From positions 1-64,000 of the forward strand of contig NIVC01000055.1 of assembly GCA_002269645.1 (NCBI GenBank): a DNA stretch of 64,000 nt, written 5' to 3'. Both the position numbers and the translations under genes were made by a program. Shown here piece after piece: positions 46,378-60,440 of this stretch (position 1 is its first letter; every line of letters starts with the position of its first letter). This DNA is from Macrostomum lignano (taxonomy: Eukaryota). A model generated the notes under the pieces. It was not told the DNA's origin. It made no database searches and saw nothing but the letters and a program-made list of their open reading frames with translations.

Positions 46378-48824
46378 GACGCTATACCACCCCCCCCCCC
46401 CTAGTAACGTCCTCATCCCTACGCATGCCATTCTCACATTCCTATTGGCTGCAGGCAGGCGGCGGGCTTTGGTAAATGAAAGGAAATCAAGCTAGCTAAC
46501 GGAGAGCAAATCCCACCTCCGCAGAATCGGAGCTGCTTCAGGCCTTAATGAATCGTCAGCAGAGCTCGCATCGCATGTTCCGACTCGTAATTAGACAAAA
46601 TCAACTGGAGACAACTAGTGAATGCTTCGAACAGAAGAAATTGGCTGCTGCAGACGAGCCGAAACAGAATGGAAGCATAGCCTTTTAGGACGCTTTCTGG
46701 CTAGCTTGTACTAGCTGGAACATGGCTGACGCTGGCATTGATTACTCATATCTCAACATGGCTCACTATACTTCATACATTTAATGGAATGCATGCAAAT
46801 GGTGCATGGAGTACAATTTTTGCGCACTGTATCTTATTTCTGATAGCGCACGTTCCGATTCGAACTCATTTCTCTGAACGAGGGTCCAACAAAGCGAGCC
46901 TGGTTCGTTCAGTGCGCATCCAATTAGACATAAAATTGGTTTACGCTGTGCAGAAGCCCGCCCTTCATTTGCAATTTAGGGATCAGAAAAAGAAGCGATA
47001 TCTTTGTACTCTGCGACGATTCATGTCTCCTAGCGCACACTGACAGCCTGCGCTCTACAAATTAACTCTCAGATTTTAGGAAATCAAGGATATCAAATAT
47101 CAGATTTAAAAATTATGCTAATGTCAAAAATTCGTCAGGAATAGCCCCTTGAAAGGACAATAAACCCCTCACGGAATATTTTCTCCAGTAGAGGGAAGCA
47201 AGCAGCAAATAGACATGGGAGTCAGTGCTGCTGCAGATTCGCTCAGCTGGATCATCTGGCCGAGGCACTCAAGGGTGAAATGCTCAGTAACTTCCGAACT
47301 CTTATTGTACCTGATTAACTCTTTCGAAAGTTTTATTAATAATTCTGTGAGGCAACCAGGTTTTCCGGTCCATCTATTGTTGCAGGCTCGTATTTTTGCT
47401 CACGCAAATCATGCTGGTCCACTTGTCAGGCAAACTCAATTTTGATTGAGACTAAACACACCAGCTGGTTAATTAACATCTTACTCTCTGAAGCCTTGAC
47501 ATTGAGGTGGCCTTGTAGGCCTCACTGATTAGGCTGTAGGAGGTGGACTATTGTTTGTTCGACTCACAAAACAGAAATTTCAGTAAAAATGCGGCAAAGT
47601 AATCTGCAAAGCTTTTCAAGAGCGTCTGGAGCTGCACGGAGTCCAGTGCCCGCGATCGGCTCAAGTTGTTGAGCGGCCTGCCGCCGGGAGCCCCGTGAAA
47701 CTTGATGACCGCAGGAGTAGAACGGCCGGCTGCGCTACCGGATCAAATTCGCCGTACTGCTCGCCACTCTGAATGCACACAGGGCGGTAGGTCGGAAAAT
47801 TCACTGCTGAATTAAAATGCAAATGAGGCGACGCACTTTCGGATCGACAGAATTGCGCCAGTCTCTTGAGACTGCAGTTTGAGACGAAGGATAAACTCGC
47901 TTTTTTGTGTGCCGTCATTGCTGGAAAATCAAGCACGGAAGGACTGACTGCTCGGGGATCGTTTCAAGACACCGCGACCTCGGTCCTCAGGCTTTGTTGG
48001 GCTGTTGCGACTGCTTGATCACGGGAGCTTATTTATTAGAAAAATCGCACAGGGAAGGAGAACTGCTCCGTTGAGTAGCTGAGACGAGAGAAGAAAGAAG
48101 ATGGAGAGTTCACTTAACTCGCCCTAAGGCGGTTTCTCGCAACCGGAGTTAGAAAAGTCGAAGTTTACCAGCTTTTCCATTCCCCTCCCCCGACCAGTCT
48201 TCCCTTCTGCGGGAGGCAAGACCAGCTGAAAAAGGCTGTCGAGTCGGTTGTTCTAGAATCAAGTCGAAGGGTTTATATCCTTGAGCAAGCACTCTAATGC
48301 TCGAATCGAATGCTGCTACAAGGACGCTGAAGGCGATTCGACGCTGCAGGCTGTCCAGTCGCTCCCCTCTGGGGACTATTAAATAATGCCTGCATCGAGT
48401 TCCAGACTCATCTGAGCCCCCTCTCTGCCTCCATCCTCGCCGCACTTCTGCTAGTTAGTTCAGTGACCGCTTGCATTTTAAAATACTGCGTAAGCTCCAA
48501 CTGGTGACATGACAGGCACGGCACGCATACATCGCGTATAAGATGAGCGCGACAACATTGATGAGCTTCTTCTGAATTGATTTCATCAAACCGTAGCTCA
48601 TCCTCAAACTATCCTCATCGCGTAGCAGCTTAATATGGTGACGTCAGCATGTTCTGTAGCTCAGTTTGCAACTAATCGTACCGTGTCGAAAAAAGAAAAT
48701 CCTAATACAAAAAAGCAATTTTTATTGTAAAATATTGTGTCGAAGGCATATCTACAAGGAAATAGTTCGTGTAACTAGCAAGGAAAGGAGTAACATTTTT
48801 TTTATAAACTACATGTATGCTAGC

Positions 48825-49785
48825 AAACTTCGGCTAGCACATTTCGGCTAGCAAACTTCGGCTTGCAGATTTCGGCTAGCACATTTCGTCTAGCAAACTT
48901 CGGCTTGCAGATTTCGGCTAGCACATTTCGGCTAGCACATTTCGGCTAGCACATTTCGGCTAGCACATTTCGGCTAGCACATTTCGGCTAGCACATTTCG
49001 GCTAGCGGATTTCGGCTAGCAAACTTCGGCTAGCACATTTCGGCTAGCACATTTCGGCTAGCACATTTCGGCTAGCACATTTCGGCTAGCACATTTCGGC
49101 TAGCACATTTCGGCTAGCACAATTCGGCTAGCACATTTCGGCTAGCGGATTTCGGCTAGCAAACTTCGGCTAGCACATTTCGGCTAGCACATTTCGGCTA
49201 GCACATTTCGGCTAGCACATTTCGGCTAGCACATTTCGGCTAGCGGATTTCGGCTAGCACATTTCGGCTAGCAAACTTCGGCTAGCACATTTCGGCTAGC
49301 ACATTTCGGCTAGCACATTTCGGCTAGCACATTTCGGCTAGCACATTTCGGCTAGCGGATTTCGGCTAGCAAACTTCGGCTAGCACATTTCGGCTAGCAC
49401 ATTTCGGCTAGCACATTTCGGCTAGCACATTTCGGCTAGCACATTTCGGCTAGCACATTTCGGCTAGCACATTTCGGCTAGCGGATTTCGGCTAGCACAT
49501 TTCGGCTAGCAAACTTCGGCTAGCACATTTCGGCTAGCACATTTCGGCTAGCACATTTCGGCTAGCACATTTCGGCTAGCGGATTTCGGCTAGCAAACTT
49601 CGGCTAGCACATTTCGGCTAGCACATTTCGGCTAGCACATTTCGGCTAGCGGATTTCGGCTAGCAAACTTCGGCTAGCAAACTTCGGCTAGCGGATTTCG
49701 GCTAGCAAACTTCGGCTAGCAGATTTTGGCAAGCAAATTTCTCGCTAGCAAACTTCGGCTAGCAGATTTCCTGCTAGCAAATCTC
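48825..49785. repeat. 14-bp satellite (CACATTTCGGCTAG), about 68 copies, with GGAT and AAAC variants
   Basis: Read directly. Confidence 0.96.
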
Positions 49786-52700
49786 GTACTCCCTTTGACT
49801 TTGTACAGTCGCTATTGTCAGTATCCTAGGGAAAATGATGTTTCAAAGCCTCCCTTTAAGCAAGCCATGTCATAAACATAACTCTCCCTTTGATGCTTGG
49901 CCTACCAACGACTCTCAATTGATCCTTGGCGTCTCACCAGTTCCTCTGTAGGTCTTAGCATTTACGCAATTCCCCCAAGAGCATCTCGATCATTCGTCTG
50001 TCACATTTTGTCTCCAATGTTTGTCAAGTTGAAATTTTTTCACTCAGCATTTTTTGAAAACTAAGAAATTTTTACCCATAAACTGGCAGACTGCAGAGCT
50101 CAGAAATTCAGTTCAAGTATCCATCTAGAACTACCCTTCACAGAAGTACTTCAGTGCTTTGGGCCTTGCACACCTGCTGGGGAACACGTGACAAACAATA
50201 AAATTTACTTGAATGGCAGGTCACAGGAAATTTTATTAGGAGTCTGAGAGAAGGTGTTAATCCCTACCAGTAGTTGTCAGCTGGCTCGATGCCGAAGTCT
50301 TAAAAGTACATTTTGCCTAGCCGACACAATCGATATTGGCAACTTCTGTTTTTCGGCAAAAATAGCGCAAGATTTTAGATGCAATATGGTCACATGATAT
50401 TGTTATCCAGCCTATATTTGATTCAGTCCATAAAATTAGTAAACTATTTCCCCGCCAAAAATGTAGTTTATTATTTGCTTTGCTTCTTTTTCCATATTTT
50501 CACCTACCTGAGCCTTCTTCTTCAAACAGACACGCAAAGCCGACTGTGGTCATGCATGTGTTGAGTCTCCTTTGCCGAGCAAACGGCACTATAGGCCCGG
50601 TTCTGTTGCATTCACGGCGACATCCAGGCCTACAAGTCAAGACACGAGCGAAAGTAAAAATTCGGACGCGATTTGGGCCGCTTAATCCTTCCCTTTTACC
50701 CCGTCTGAGTCCCCAAAGCTGCTTCAACACGCAGGTTTCAGCCAAAGGAAAATTAATAAGTTTTTCCTGAGCTGTCAGCTTTCCCCATCGCGGCCAGAAA
50801 AATTGAAAAGACCCGTTGAACCGTTAAAAATTATTTTATTAAAATTGTCTGTCAGTTTGGCCTGCTAATGCTGAGTTAGATTGGAATTAGCCAAGCAGAG
50901 AGGACGAGCACACTAAACCTAGTCAGTTTCATGCTTCCCAAGCCTCACGCGTACGGCCGTACTCAAGAAGGAAACTGTATATTTTGCGGATATTTCAAAT
51001 AGAAGACAATTCAGCAATAAATGACATCATGATCTGCAGTCATAAAAGCAGGGCCACAGTTAATGTGCGTCTGAGGGCCTGGGTGCAAACGTCAGCCGAG
51101 GGCGTGGCCCTGTCATAGGGCGCCTGCAGCATCAGCAGCACCTCTTGCAGGGACCATATGGTGCAGAAAGGCCACCACCTTCCAGTGGTACGTGACCTAC
51201 TCCATGAGCGGCTCCACGAAACGGTGGAGCCCTGAAAAAAGAAAGAAAAGAGCAGCTACTACAGCGGCTGTGAGGAGAGCGACTCGGCGCAGTGGATGGA
51301 GTCGTCTAGCTTGTTTCGCCGACAGCGTGGCGATACAATGCCCCCCCCCCCCTGGTGACTGGTGACTTTGATCGCCCCAAAATACTTGATAAAACCCTTT
51401 ATGCCTCTATACAAGAACATAAAAGTATGGTTAGATTACATATGTACGTGTATTAATAGCATCAATGGTTTAATATCATGCAGGGCGAGTTTCGGTTAGC
51501 AGAGTCATTGTCACTATAACGTATGCCTATAAATTGCAACAAAGAAATAAGAGCTGCGTTTAGCTAATCAATATTGCCGCGGATGCTTTTTCAATCTATT
51601 TAGGATCCATCTCTCGCGGCACACTTTATCCTGGCCATTCCAACCATGAAAGTTTGGTGTGCATGCGATTCTTGAAACACATGAGGAGCAGGGCAAGCAC
51701 TGACAAGCCCCAGGGCAAGTAAAAGTACACACCCAGCTAACCAAGTTCATTGTTCTATCAAAAATTTTTAAATCAATTTTCAACTGTTTGTTAGAAAGTG
51801 AATTAGCCAAAACAACTTGTAGAACTTGTTGAGATGGAAGAAGCATTCGATAGTCAAAGTGCCTGCAAACTCAATTAGAAAACTGCTTTTTCTATCAGAA
51901 GGCTCTCTGATCCTGTGCATGCATATACTCATAAGCATGCAATGTGTGCAACGACAAGTTTTTCTAAATCCTTACCAGCTATCAGATCCTCTTGTTGGGC
52001 CTCTCATCTCCTAGTAACTGTCATACGATAATTCGATCAATATTTCTCTTGCATGCAGAAAATAAGAATAAAAACTACGCATTGTGAAATTTTCAAAAAG
52101 CGACCTTTTTGGAGATTAGGCGGCCTTTTTAGTTAAAGAGCATGCATTTTTCTACCGAAAACATATCCGTCAGAGCGTCTCCTAGCTGAAATTCATTTTA
52201 CAATATGCCTCTTAGAGGCGAACATGTTTAATTACTGTTGGAGACTAGTCCATTGTCCGTGGAGAACCATGCATTTACAGCAGAGACTGCATGTTCACAC
52301 AAGCGTGACATCAAGTCGGCCTGTACAATCGGCCTGCATATGATGCTTAAATTAAATAGGGATTGGGATGCCATGTAGACAACCCAGGCGCACTAGTTAC
52401 TTTTTACTGTGCATGTGTAGGAGTAGGTTTAAGGATGTTTTTACGTGGATGGGATCAGCCGCTGCAACCCTAGCCCATGTTTTTTTTACATTACAAAAGC
52501 CGACGGCCATAACCAAGGAAGAATTGAAGTTGCTCTTGTCGAAAAAATCAGGAACCTGGTGTTATTATACATGTCTAATGTATAATTAGAGTTTAATAAA
52601 GGGCCATGAGCCCAAAGGGCTGTGACACATCCAAACACAGAGTTTTGATTTTGAAACTATTTTTGTTGTGTTGGCTAGCTATTTCAACCCCGCTTGAATT

Positions 52701-55381
52701 GCATGACTCTGCAGCCTTTTCCGAGTCTCCTCTCCTTGGGTAGGAGTTACGATCGGGGTGACCTGGCCCATCATTAACTTTCCGGCCGATACTTTGATGT
52801 TTTTCTATAAAAAATTAATGCGACCAATTAATTGATCGATGTACTGCGCATAATTTCCTCGTAAATACATATTTCTCGTTTTAATTCCAGCATCCTGTCG
52901 GAAAGTGAAAATCACTCGAGAGAAAGAAATGGCGGGATAGGTCAGCTGGAGCTAGATATGTAGCCGGAAGTAAAGTTCCAGATTTAGCCAACTGGTCCGA
53001 TCCTAGTGGTCCTTGGTTGCATGTCTATTGCAGTCCGTTTGCTCCTATCCTCCAGAGCCTTACTTCAGGCTCTATTCCGAAGTTGGCATCCTTTTTTCCA
53101 AATTAGAAATTCATTGCGTACCGAAAGGTACTTTGTGACTGAATGGCAAGCTGCCAGAAGATCTCGGCTTTTATTTCTATAAAACAAAGAATAAGATGGC
53201 TTAAATATTTATTCGACAGCTATATATTTTTGAAAACCAATTGTGATTTATTTTAAATAGTACTGCGGATAATTCTAAGCAATAGCTTCAGAATATTGCA
53301 TTTCTTTTCAAAGAAAGTCGCATGGCAAATTTTTTAAACAAGCTAACTGTATATTTAAAATTTAATTGTATAATTAAAAAAACTCGGATTGATTGATTCA
53401 TTGATTGATTGATTGTCAACCTTTTGATGACTTGTCAGATTTTCAGTTAATCGTAAATGGTAGTAATACATTAATAATAGATTGTTCCCTTATCATCACT
53501 GTATCGTCAAACTAGTCAGTTGAGATAAAGTTTGAGACTCGAGACTGAAAAAAAGGCTAAGCCCAAGTGGACTTCTTCAAGTTTAGGTCGATAAAATTAT
53601 CCCGATTTTCCCTTTTTCTGAAACTATTGCCAGACACTTAAATCGGAAATGCTGAGCATTATCCAAAACCATATACAAACAAAATTATGATCCTATCAAG
53701 ATTCAAAACTGTAACTAATTTATCAATATCAACCTAAAATTGAGAAGAAGTCTAACCAAATATAGCTATAGGCCTGATATTAGATCAGAACATATTTGAA
53801 CTGATTGTCTTGGTGCAGCCATTCTAGTTTGCTTTAGCCTATATTGTATATTAGCATTATGTAATAGCCAAAGCCAGTCTTTCTTTAAGAACTATTCCCT
53901 AATTCTTTAATGTATGTTATGACTCCGTTGAATTAGTTATATTTGTATTCTTTGTTCTTTATCAATTAGCTAAAATCAAAATTTAAAATCACACTTTGAA
54001 TATATTTTTGACCCTTAGTGTCTTTTATAATTATATGATAGGGCCTAGCAACAAATTAAAAGTGAAAAAATTATGATTATCATAGGACTGGCTGACCTAA
54101 ATTTAAATCTCACTAGGGCCTATTGCTACTAAGTTGTCAGTGTTCTTTTCATTTTATCTCTGTTAAATGCTTTTAAAAATTGTAGTAAGGGCTATATTCT
54201 AGAATCTAGATCATATAGTATAGGCTATGCCTAAAAATTTGGGCATGCATTGGCTATACATGCCAAAAGTAGATGTGCACAGTTGGTGTGTATCACTCCT
54301 AAGAAAAGTGTGCGTGTATACCTGGCATGCACTTTATAGAGTCACATGGAAGAGTTATTGTGAAGTAAAAAAGATGAAAAAAGTTCATTCTTAAGTGTAA
54401 ATTTCAAGCTTTCTGGGTTTTGTAAGCTTGTAATAAAGCATTTAAACAAATCTTTGTGTGCATTTATTTTCTACTATACAAAGTACAGCTGAAAAAGCAG
54501 AAAAAGTAACCAAAATACTTGCCAAAAAAGGTTCATTATGCAATTCAAAAAGGTTTTTTATCAACACAACATAAAAAAGGTCATTTATTGTCACAACACT
54601 GGCATAGTTTTGAGAATGGGCATGCACTCAATTTTTTTGCATGCATTTGTATAATTATTCAATTTTTTGGGTGGTGCACCCAGCATGATCTAGAATATAG
54701 AGTAGGGGTAAATTATTTTAAATCTCAATCACTATTACAAACTTACAATAAGGCTGTTTATTCTAAGCTTTATTTACTACTATCATCAAAGGGATCCTAG
54801 TCATTTTGTCAATTGCCATTTTGTCAACTAGACACATTGTCAACCTGTTTTCTATATTGGTCGTTTTGTCAACCAACCAATAGGATACTTTCAAAGCTTG
54901 GTTATTTCATCAACTGTTCAATAGGACAATGTCAACTTTTGGTCACCTCGTCAAGTGCCAATAATACATGCCCCACATGAAACTTTTTTCCCTTCTGACT
55001 TGTATTCTTAGTATCTTAGACATAGTATCTCTAAAACTACGTGTTGTTTAAGTCTCTAAAACCACTGTATTCAGTTGCATGTTTATTCAATGCAGCCCTC
55101 CTTTCTCATTCTGGGCTTGGGACCAGACAATGGTGGAGTTACTGCCACAAAGATGCAGTTTGTATAGTAAAAAAGGAAAAATGCTTTGCACAAAATCACA
55201 AAGATCACAAAGGCCACCACAAAGGTCACAATCAAATATAAAGCTGAAGATATGTGCAAAATATACAGTATACTTCTACACTGTATACACTTATACTATA
55301 TACACTTCAAATAAACAATAGTCACAATTTTAATTAATTAGTCATATTAAAACATACTAGTCCTGCTGCTACTGCTGCTGC

Positions 55382-55384
<3 letters not shown>

Positions 55385-55430
<46 letters not shown>

Positions 55431-56433
55431 TATACCAGATGTAATTCTGTGCACTTCCATCTCTCTTTCACCCAGTGCTAGAACCTCATGGCCGCTCCAG
55501 GCTTACACCAGAGGTCTAATAGGCCTTCAAGGTCGAGCTCTACTCTCTTGCTCCTGGTGGCATGGCACTCCAATAGGTGACTGCTACTTTCTTCCTCTTC
55601 GTTGCATAGCCTGCAGCGGGCATTGTTCTGCTTTCCAATCCTCATCCGATACTGATTTAGTTCTAATGAGTGGCCGGCTCGAAATCTCCTGAAGCTGACA
55701 GCTTCGCTGCGGCTGCTGCTTTCTTCCTTCCACTGCTCCCTTAGTCCCTTGCTATATGTCTCTCCGCTGCAGTGGTGCCTCCACTTCCACTCTCTAGTGA
55801 TATTCCGCATCACGGTCTGTTTCACCGGGTTGGCAAGCATGCCTGCCGGTTCTAGCACCCCATCCACCACCTCCTTGGCCACTGTGTCCATCTCCTTGTT
55901 GCCAGCCAAGCCACAGTGGGCCGGCACTAGCACAGCAAGATCACAGTGCCCATCTCACTGGCCATCTGCAGATTGCTGATGATACTGTCCACTATCGGGT
56001 TGGCCTTGCCGTTTTCTATAAGTTGGAAGCTACTCTTATTGTCTGTGGCGACACAGATGGTCTTGCTCTCACCCTGGTCTCGGATCCAGACAGACGTGGC
56101 CAATAGCGCTCTCAACTCAGCTTGGAGCAAGCTGCAGGACTTGCCAGCATTAACTTTGATGTTAGTTGTAGTGCTCCAGCCTACCAAGCTTCTGGTAGTC
56201 ACAATGGCCCCGCCCCCACCTTTGCCAACTTCGCTGATGGATCCATCCGTGTAGATGATGACATCAGCCTCTGCCACCTTCTCATCTAAGATATCTCCCG
56301 CAAGCTCCTTATTCTCCGCCGCAGTGCCTTTGCGGTACCCTTCCAAGCTGATCTCAAAGCCTCTTTTTGTCCATGGGGGCGATCTGCACCACAGCCCATC
56401 TTCTTCCACCATCACATCCAGCATTCCATTCAT
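55385..56433 (-). mobile_element. 5'-truncated non-LTR retrotransposon (RNase H plus C-terminal CCHC-type finger), (AC)n tail
   Basis: IIYTDGSI...QAELRAL...VATDNKS...(fs)VPAHCGLAGNKEMDTVAK...CRLCNEEEESSSHLLEC; (TG)n at 55385-55424. Confidence 0.88.
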
Positions 56434-56441
56434 GCTGCTGC

Positions 56442-56443
<2 letters not shown>

Positions 56444-56475
<32 letters not shown>

Positions 56476-56950
56476 GCCAGATCAAGCTGTGCCTATGCCA
56501 TTCCTCTTCCACCACTTCCAGAAGGTGTGCGCCGCTTTCTCCTCCGTCTACCAGTCACCAAGAGTCTAGATGCCCAACTCCTGTCTTTTCTAGAAGGTGG
56601 CCAAGTGGTCACTGACATGCTCGTTGCTTTCCTCTTCAAGCCCACAGCCTCTGCAGATGCCATCCATTTCTTTGCCAAGGCTTTTCCTGTAGCTTGCTAG
56701 TTTGAGTGAGTGGCTAGTTCTAGCTCTCCTGAAGCTGGTGGCATCTCCTCTGCTTTCAAAGGTGGTCTTCTTAATGGTTGTTTGGTTGCCACTGTAGGTC
56801 CTTTCACAGCGTGGGTGTGCCCATCTAGCTTTTTTAGCTTTCTCAGCTTCTGCCACCTTGATCGCCTGACGCACAGCGCTCTTGCCCACCCTTGCCTCTT
56901 GCTGGTCCTCCTCGCAGGCTGCCGCAGCCACCTTGTCTGCTGTTGTCGCT
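56444..56950 (-). mobile_element. Second 5'-truncated copy of a related LINE, (CAA)n tail
   Basis: ADKVAAAAC (end of RNase H)...FRRARTSHSLKLASYRKSLG...CRGCGLEEESNEHV; (TTG)n at 56444-56476. Confidence 0.8.
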
Positions 56951-59119
56951 GTCTGTATGCAAACTAGGGAATGTGGCCAAGGTGCAAGCATTGGAGCAGG
57001 AATGCATGGATTGACAACTCACCAATGCAATACTGTGCCCAGTATTGCTCCACACTCATCTGCAGATGCTCGTACTGTGCTCTGTGCTGGCACTCCTGAG
57101 CACCCTAGTGCACTAGTGTGGCATGCACTGGCACAAGCTTGGCCTCCATGTGCAGCAGGTGCAGGAGTGGGTAGAGTATCAACTGCACTCTCTTGGCCTG
57201 CTGCTTGAGTCTCTGGTGCCAGCCCTTGACCTTGTTGTTGGTATACATATTGATTGGCAGTACACACTGACTTTGTGGACTCCGTTGACCAGGTTTAACA
57301 GCCAGGTTGCGCTCATGTACTCAGCCAGGTCTAGCAGGAGCGCCGCGTGCCAGTGCAAACTGGAGGTCAACTGGAGGCTGCGGGTGCCCAACCTCACAAG
57401 ACCAATTGGCGATGCGCACCAGCTGATTGATTGGGCTAATGTTCCCGGTCTCTAGCAACTTTGCCTCCACGATTGCTGCAGCCAATCTAAAGCAGTGCTG
57501 CTTTGCATCCTCCTTGATCTCGGCAACCAATTGGAGCTTCATTCCCTCACGCACTTGTGGTTTGCAGATGTGAGCCGCTTGGCTACTTCAAACGTTGCCC
57601 TGACTGTCTTCAATGGCAGAAGCCGGGCACTTCAACCTAGAATTGCGTTGGGTGTAGCACCAATAGTGACCATTATTCTTTTTGACATTCTGCCCCAATA
57701 CATATTCTCAAGCTTTAATGCATTGAATAAGTGACGGCTTTTGCTTCTTGGTGCCCTTGCAAACGATGACAAATTCCTCTAGATCACTGGGCCTCATTGA
57801 TTTTTGTGGTGAATTCAGAAGTAGTGAAAGAAAATGGAAAGTGTGAATGATTCTTGCCTTTATAGCAGCATGCTTGCTGCATATGTATACAAATTAATAG
57901 AGAATATTCTGGAAAGTCTAGAAGTTTCTGGAATAGTACCCGATAATAACAAAAAAGTAGTAAGCCAATATGATCTGCATTAGTTGATGTACATGTTATG
58001 ACATTTGCAAACTGTAGCTAGCCAGTTGACAAAGTAACTAATATTCTCAGGCCCTTTTGTCAACTGACTAATGAACCAATCTAAAACCTTGGTCATTTTG
58101 TCAACTGCAAGTGAGACCACCTTAAAATGTTGGTCAATTTGTCAACCAATTTGACAAACTGGCAGTTGACAAAATGACTAGCACCCCATCAAAGTTGTCA
58201 TAGGAATCTTCTTTCCTTTATTTATTTATCTTGGCTAAGGGCTATTGCCTCTAACATATTCAAGATATCCTGTTGTTTACCTTATAGGGCTTATTTATTT
58301 AGGTAAGATTAGGCTCAAACCTATTAATACATAGACTACCTCCTATGCAATGCTGGGATACTTAATATTGCCAATGGGACAGGCTTTATCTACTCTCAAG
58401 CTCATACATGCGCAACCTCCTTGGTTTATACTGGCTATGCAACTTACTTTTTGACCAAAAATATGACTTATTTGTAAAAGAAACCCTAAAGCAAAAATTA
58501 ACCTAATTTTGGATAAACAGGAAAAGCAACTATGACTGTCTTATTAAGATTAAATGCTTTGTAATCTAGTTAGTACTATGTCTGTATTCTTTTGGGTAGG
58601 CATTTTTGCAACTTACCCTTGGTCTACTACAATTTAAGTTAAAAAGCAACATTTAAAAAAATATAAGGTCGGCCATAATTTTTATATATGTTAGGCCTGG
58701 TAGAATCACCTTAGAAATAACAGATTTCATTAGATAAGCATGGATATAACAAATAAAGAATTTAGCAAGTAGAGCTTTATCCTACACTGCTTGAATAGAA
58801 AAGTAGAAGAAATTGTCAGAGCATTCTTAGAGATTTGAAAGCATCTAATATTGCTTTATGAGACACAGGTGTTCTCAACTTATATATTATGCTTTTTGCA
58901 TTTGTCTATATTCATACATGCGCAACTGCTGGCCGACCTGGCCGATCCGGCCACCGTAAATCGTGGCTGACCAGGGGTAAGTCGCAAAATTGAGTCAACC
59001 AAAAACCGAAAAACACAAGAACCAAGAAAGGCAAGAGGAAAGCGAAAGAAAGAGCAGTTCAGGGAAAATGGTGAAGCAAAAGAAAAACAATTCGCAAAAG
59101 AAGCAAGCTAAGTTGTAAA

Positions 59120-60440
59120 AATAATCAGGTAAGTCGCAAAAAGGATTAGGTAAGTCGCAAAAGAAGCAAACTAAGTCGCAAAAAGGATCAGGTAAGTCGC
59201 AAAAAGGATCAGGTAAGTCGAAAAAAGGATCAGGTAAGTCGCAAAAAGGATCAGGTAAGTCGCAAAAAGGATTAGGTAAGTCGCAAAAAGGATCAGGTAA
59301 GTCGCAAAAGGGTTAGGTAAGTCGCAAAAAGGATTAGGTAAGTCGCAAAAAGGATTAGGTAAGTCGCAAAAGGGTTAGGTAAGTTGCAAAAAGGATTAAG
59401 TAAGTTGCAAAAAGGATTAGGTAAGTCGCAAAAAGGATTAGGTAAGTCGCAAAAGGATTAGGTAAGTCGCAAAAAGGATTAGGTAAGTCGCAAAAAGGAT
59501 TAGGTAAGTCGCAAAAGGATTAGGTAAGTCGCAAAAAGGATTAGGTAAGTCGCAAAAAGGATTAAGTAAGTCGCAAAAAGGATTAGGTAAGTCGCAAAAG
59601 GGTTAGGTAAGTCGCAAAAAGGATTAGGTAAGTCGCAAAAAGGATTAGGTAAGTCGCAAAAGGATTAGGTAAGTCGCAAAAGGATTAGGTAAGTCGCAAA
59701 AGGATTAGGTAAGTCGCAAAAAGGATTAGGTAAGTCGCAAAAGGGTTAGGTAAGTCGCAAAAAGGATTAGGTAAGTCGCAAAAAGGATTAGGTAAGTCGC
59801 AAAAGGATTAGGTAAGTCGCAAAAGGATTAGGTAAGTCGCAAAAAGGATTAGGTAAGTCGCAAAAAGGATTAGGTAAGTCGCAAAAGGGTTAGGTAAGTC
59901 GCAAAAGGATTAGGTAAGTCGCAAAAAGGATTAAGTAAGTCGCAAAAAGGATTAGGTAAGTCGCAAAAGGGTTAGGTAAGTCGCAAAAAGGATTAGGTAA
60001 GTCGCAAAAAGGATTAGGTAAGTCGCAAAAGGATTAGGTAAGTCGCAAAAAGGATTAGGTAAGTCGCAAAAAGGATTAGGTAAGTCGCAAAAGGATTAGG
60101 TAAGTCGCAAAAAGGATTAGGTAAGTCGCAAAAGGGTTAGGTAAGTCGCAAAAAGGATTAGGTAAGTCGCAAAAAGGATTAGGTAAGTCGCAAAAGGATT
60201 AGGTAAGTCGCAAAAGGGTTAGGTAAGTCGCAAAAGGATTAGGTAAGTCGCAAAAAGGATTAAGTAAGTCGCAAAAAGGATTAGGTAAGTCGCAAAAGGG
60301 TTAGGTAAGTCGCAAAAAGGATTAGGTAAGTCGCAAAAGGATTAGGTAAGTCGCAAAAAGGATTAGGTAAGTCGCAAAAGGATTAGGTAAGTCGCAAAAA
60401 GGATTAGGTAAGTCGCAAAAAGAAGCAACTAAGTCGCAAT
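59120..60440. repeat. 20/21-bp satellite (GGATTAGGTAAGTCGCAAAA[A]), about 63 copies, inside the hAT-like element
   Basis: Read directly. Confidence 0.97.

Larger units (their letters stand above)
54792..58186 (-). mobile_element. Mutator-like (MULE) DNA transposon, decayed, with nested LINE insertions
   Basis: TIRs GGATCCTAGTCATTTTGTCAATTGCC / GGCAGTTGACAAAATGACTAGCACCC; 8-bp duplication CATCAAAG at 54784-91 and 58187-94. The minus strand has a FLYWCH-like segment (YWCYTQRNSRLKCPASAIE...AHIC, about 57590-57790) and a MULE-like C-terminus (TNNKVKGWHQRLKQQA...LLHLLHMEAKLV). Confidence 0.8.

Noticed and set aside
52920-52975. AAATGGCGG and CCGGAAGT promoter-like words
   Set aside because: No associated gene could be identified; the ATG is followed by a stop after three codons.
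48825-60440. Regular short repeats resembling CRISPR arrays (also 2415-4330)
   Set aside because: The units are contiguous with no unique spacers, there are no cas genes, and the context is eukaryotic.
59120-60440. Telomere-like GGGTTAGG words in the 21-bp satellite
   Set aside because: They occur only in a minority variant and never as tandem TTAGGG; a chance match inside a transposon-borne unit.
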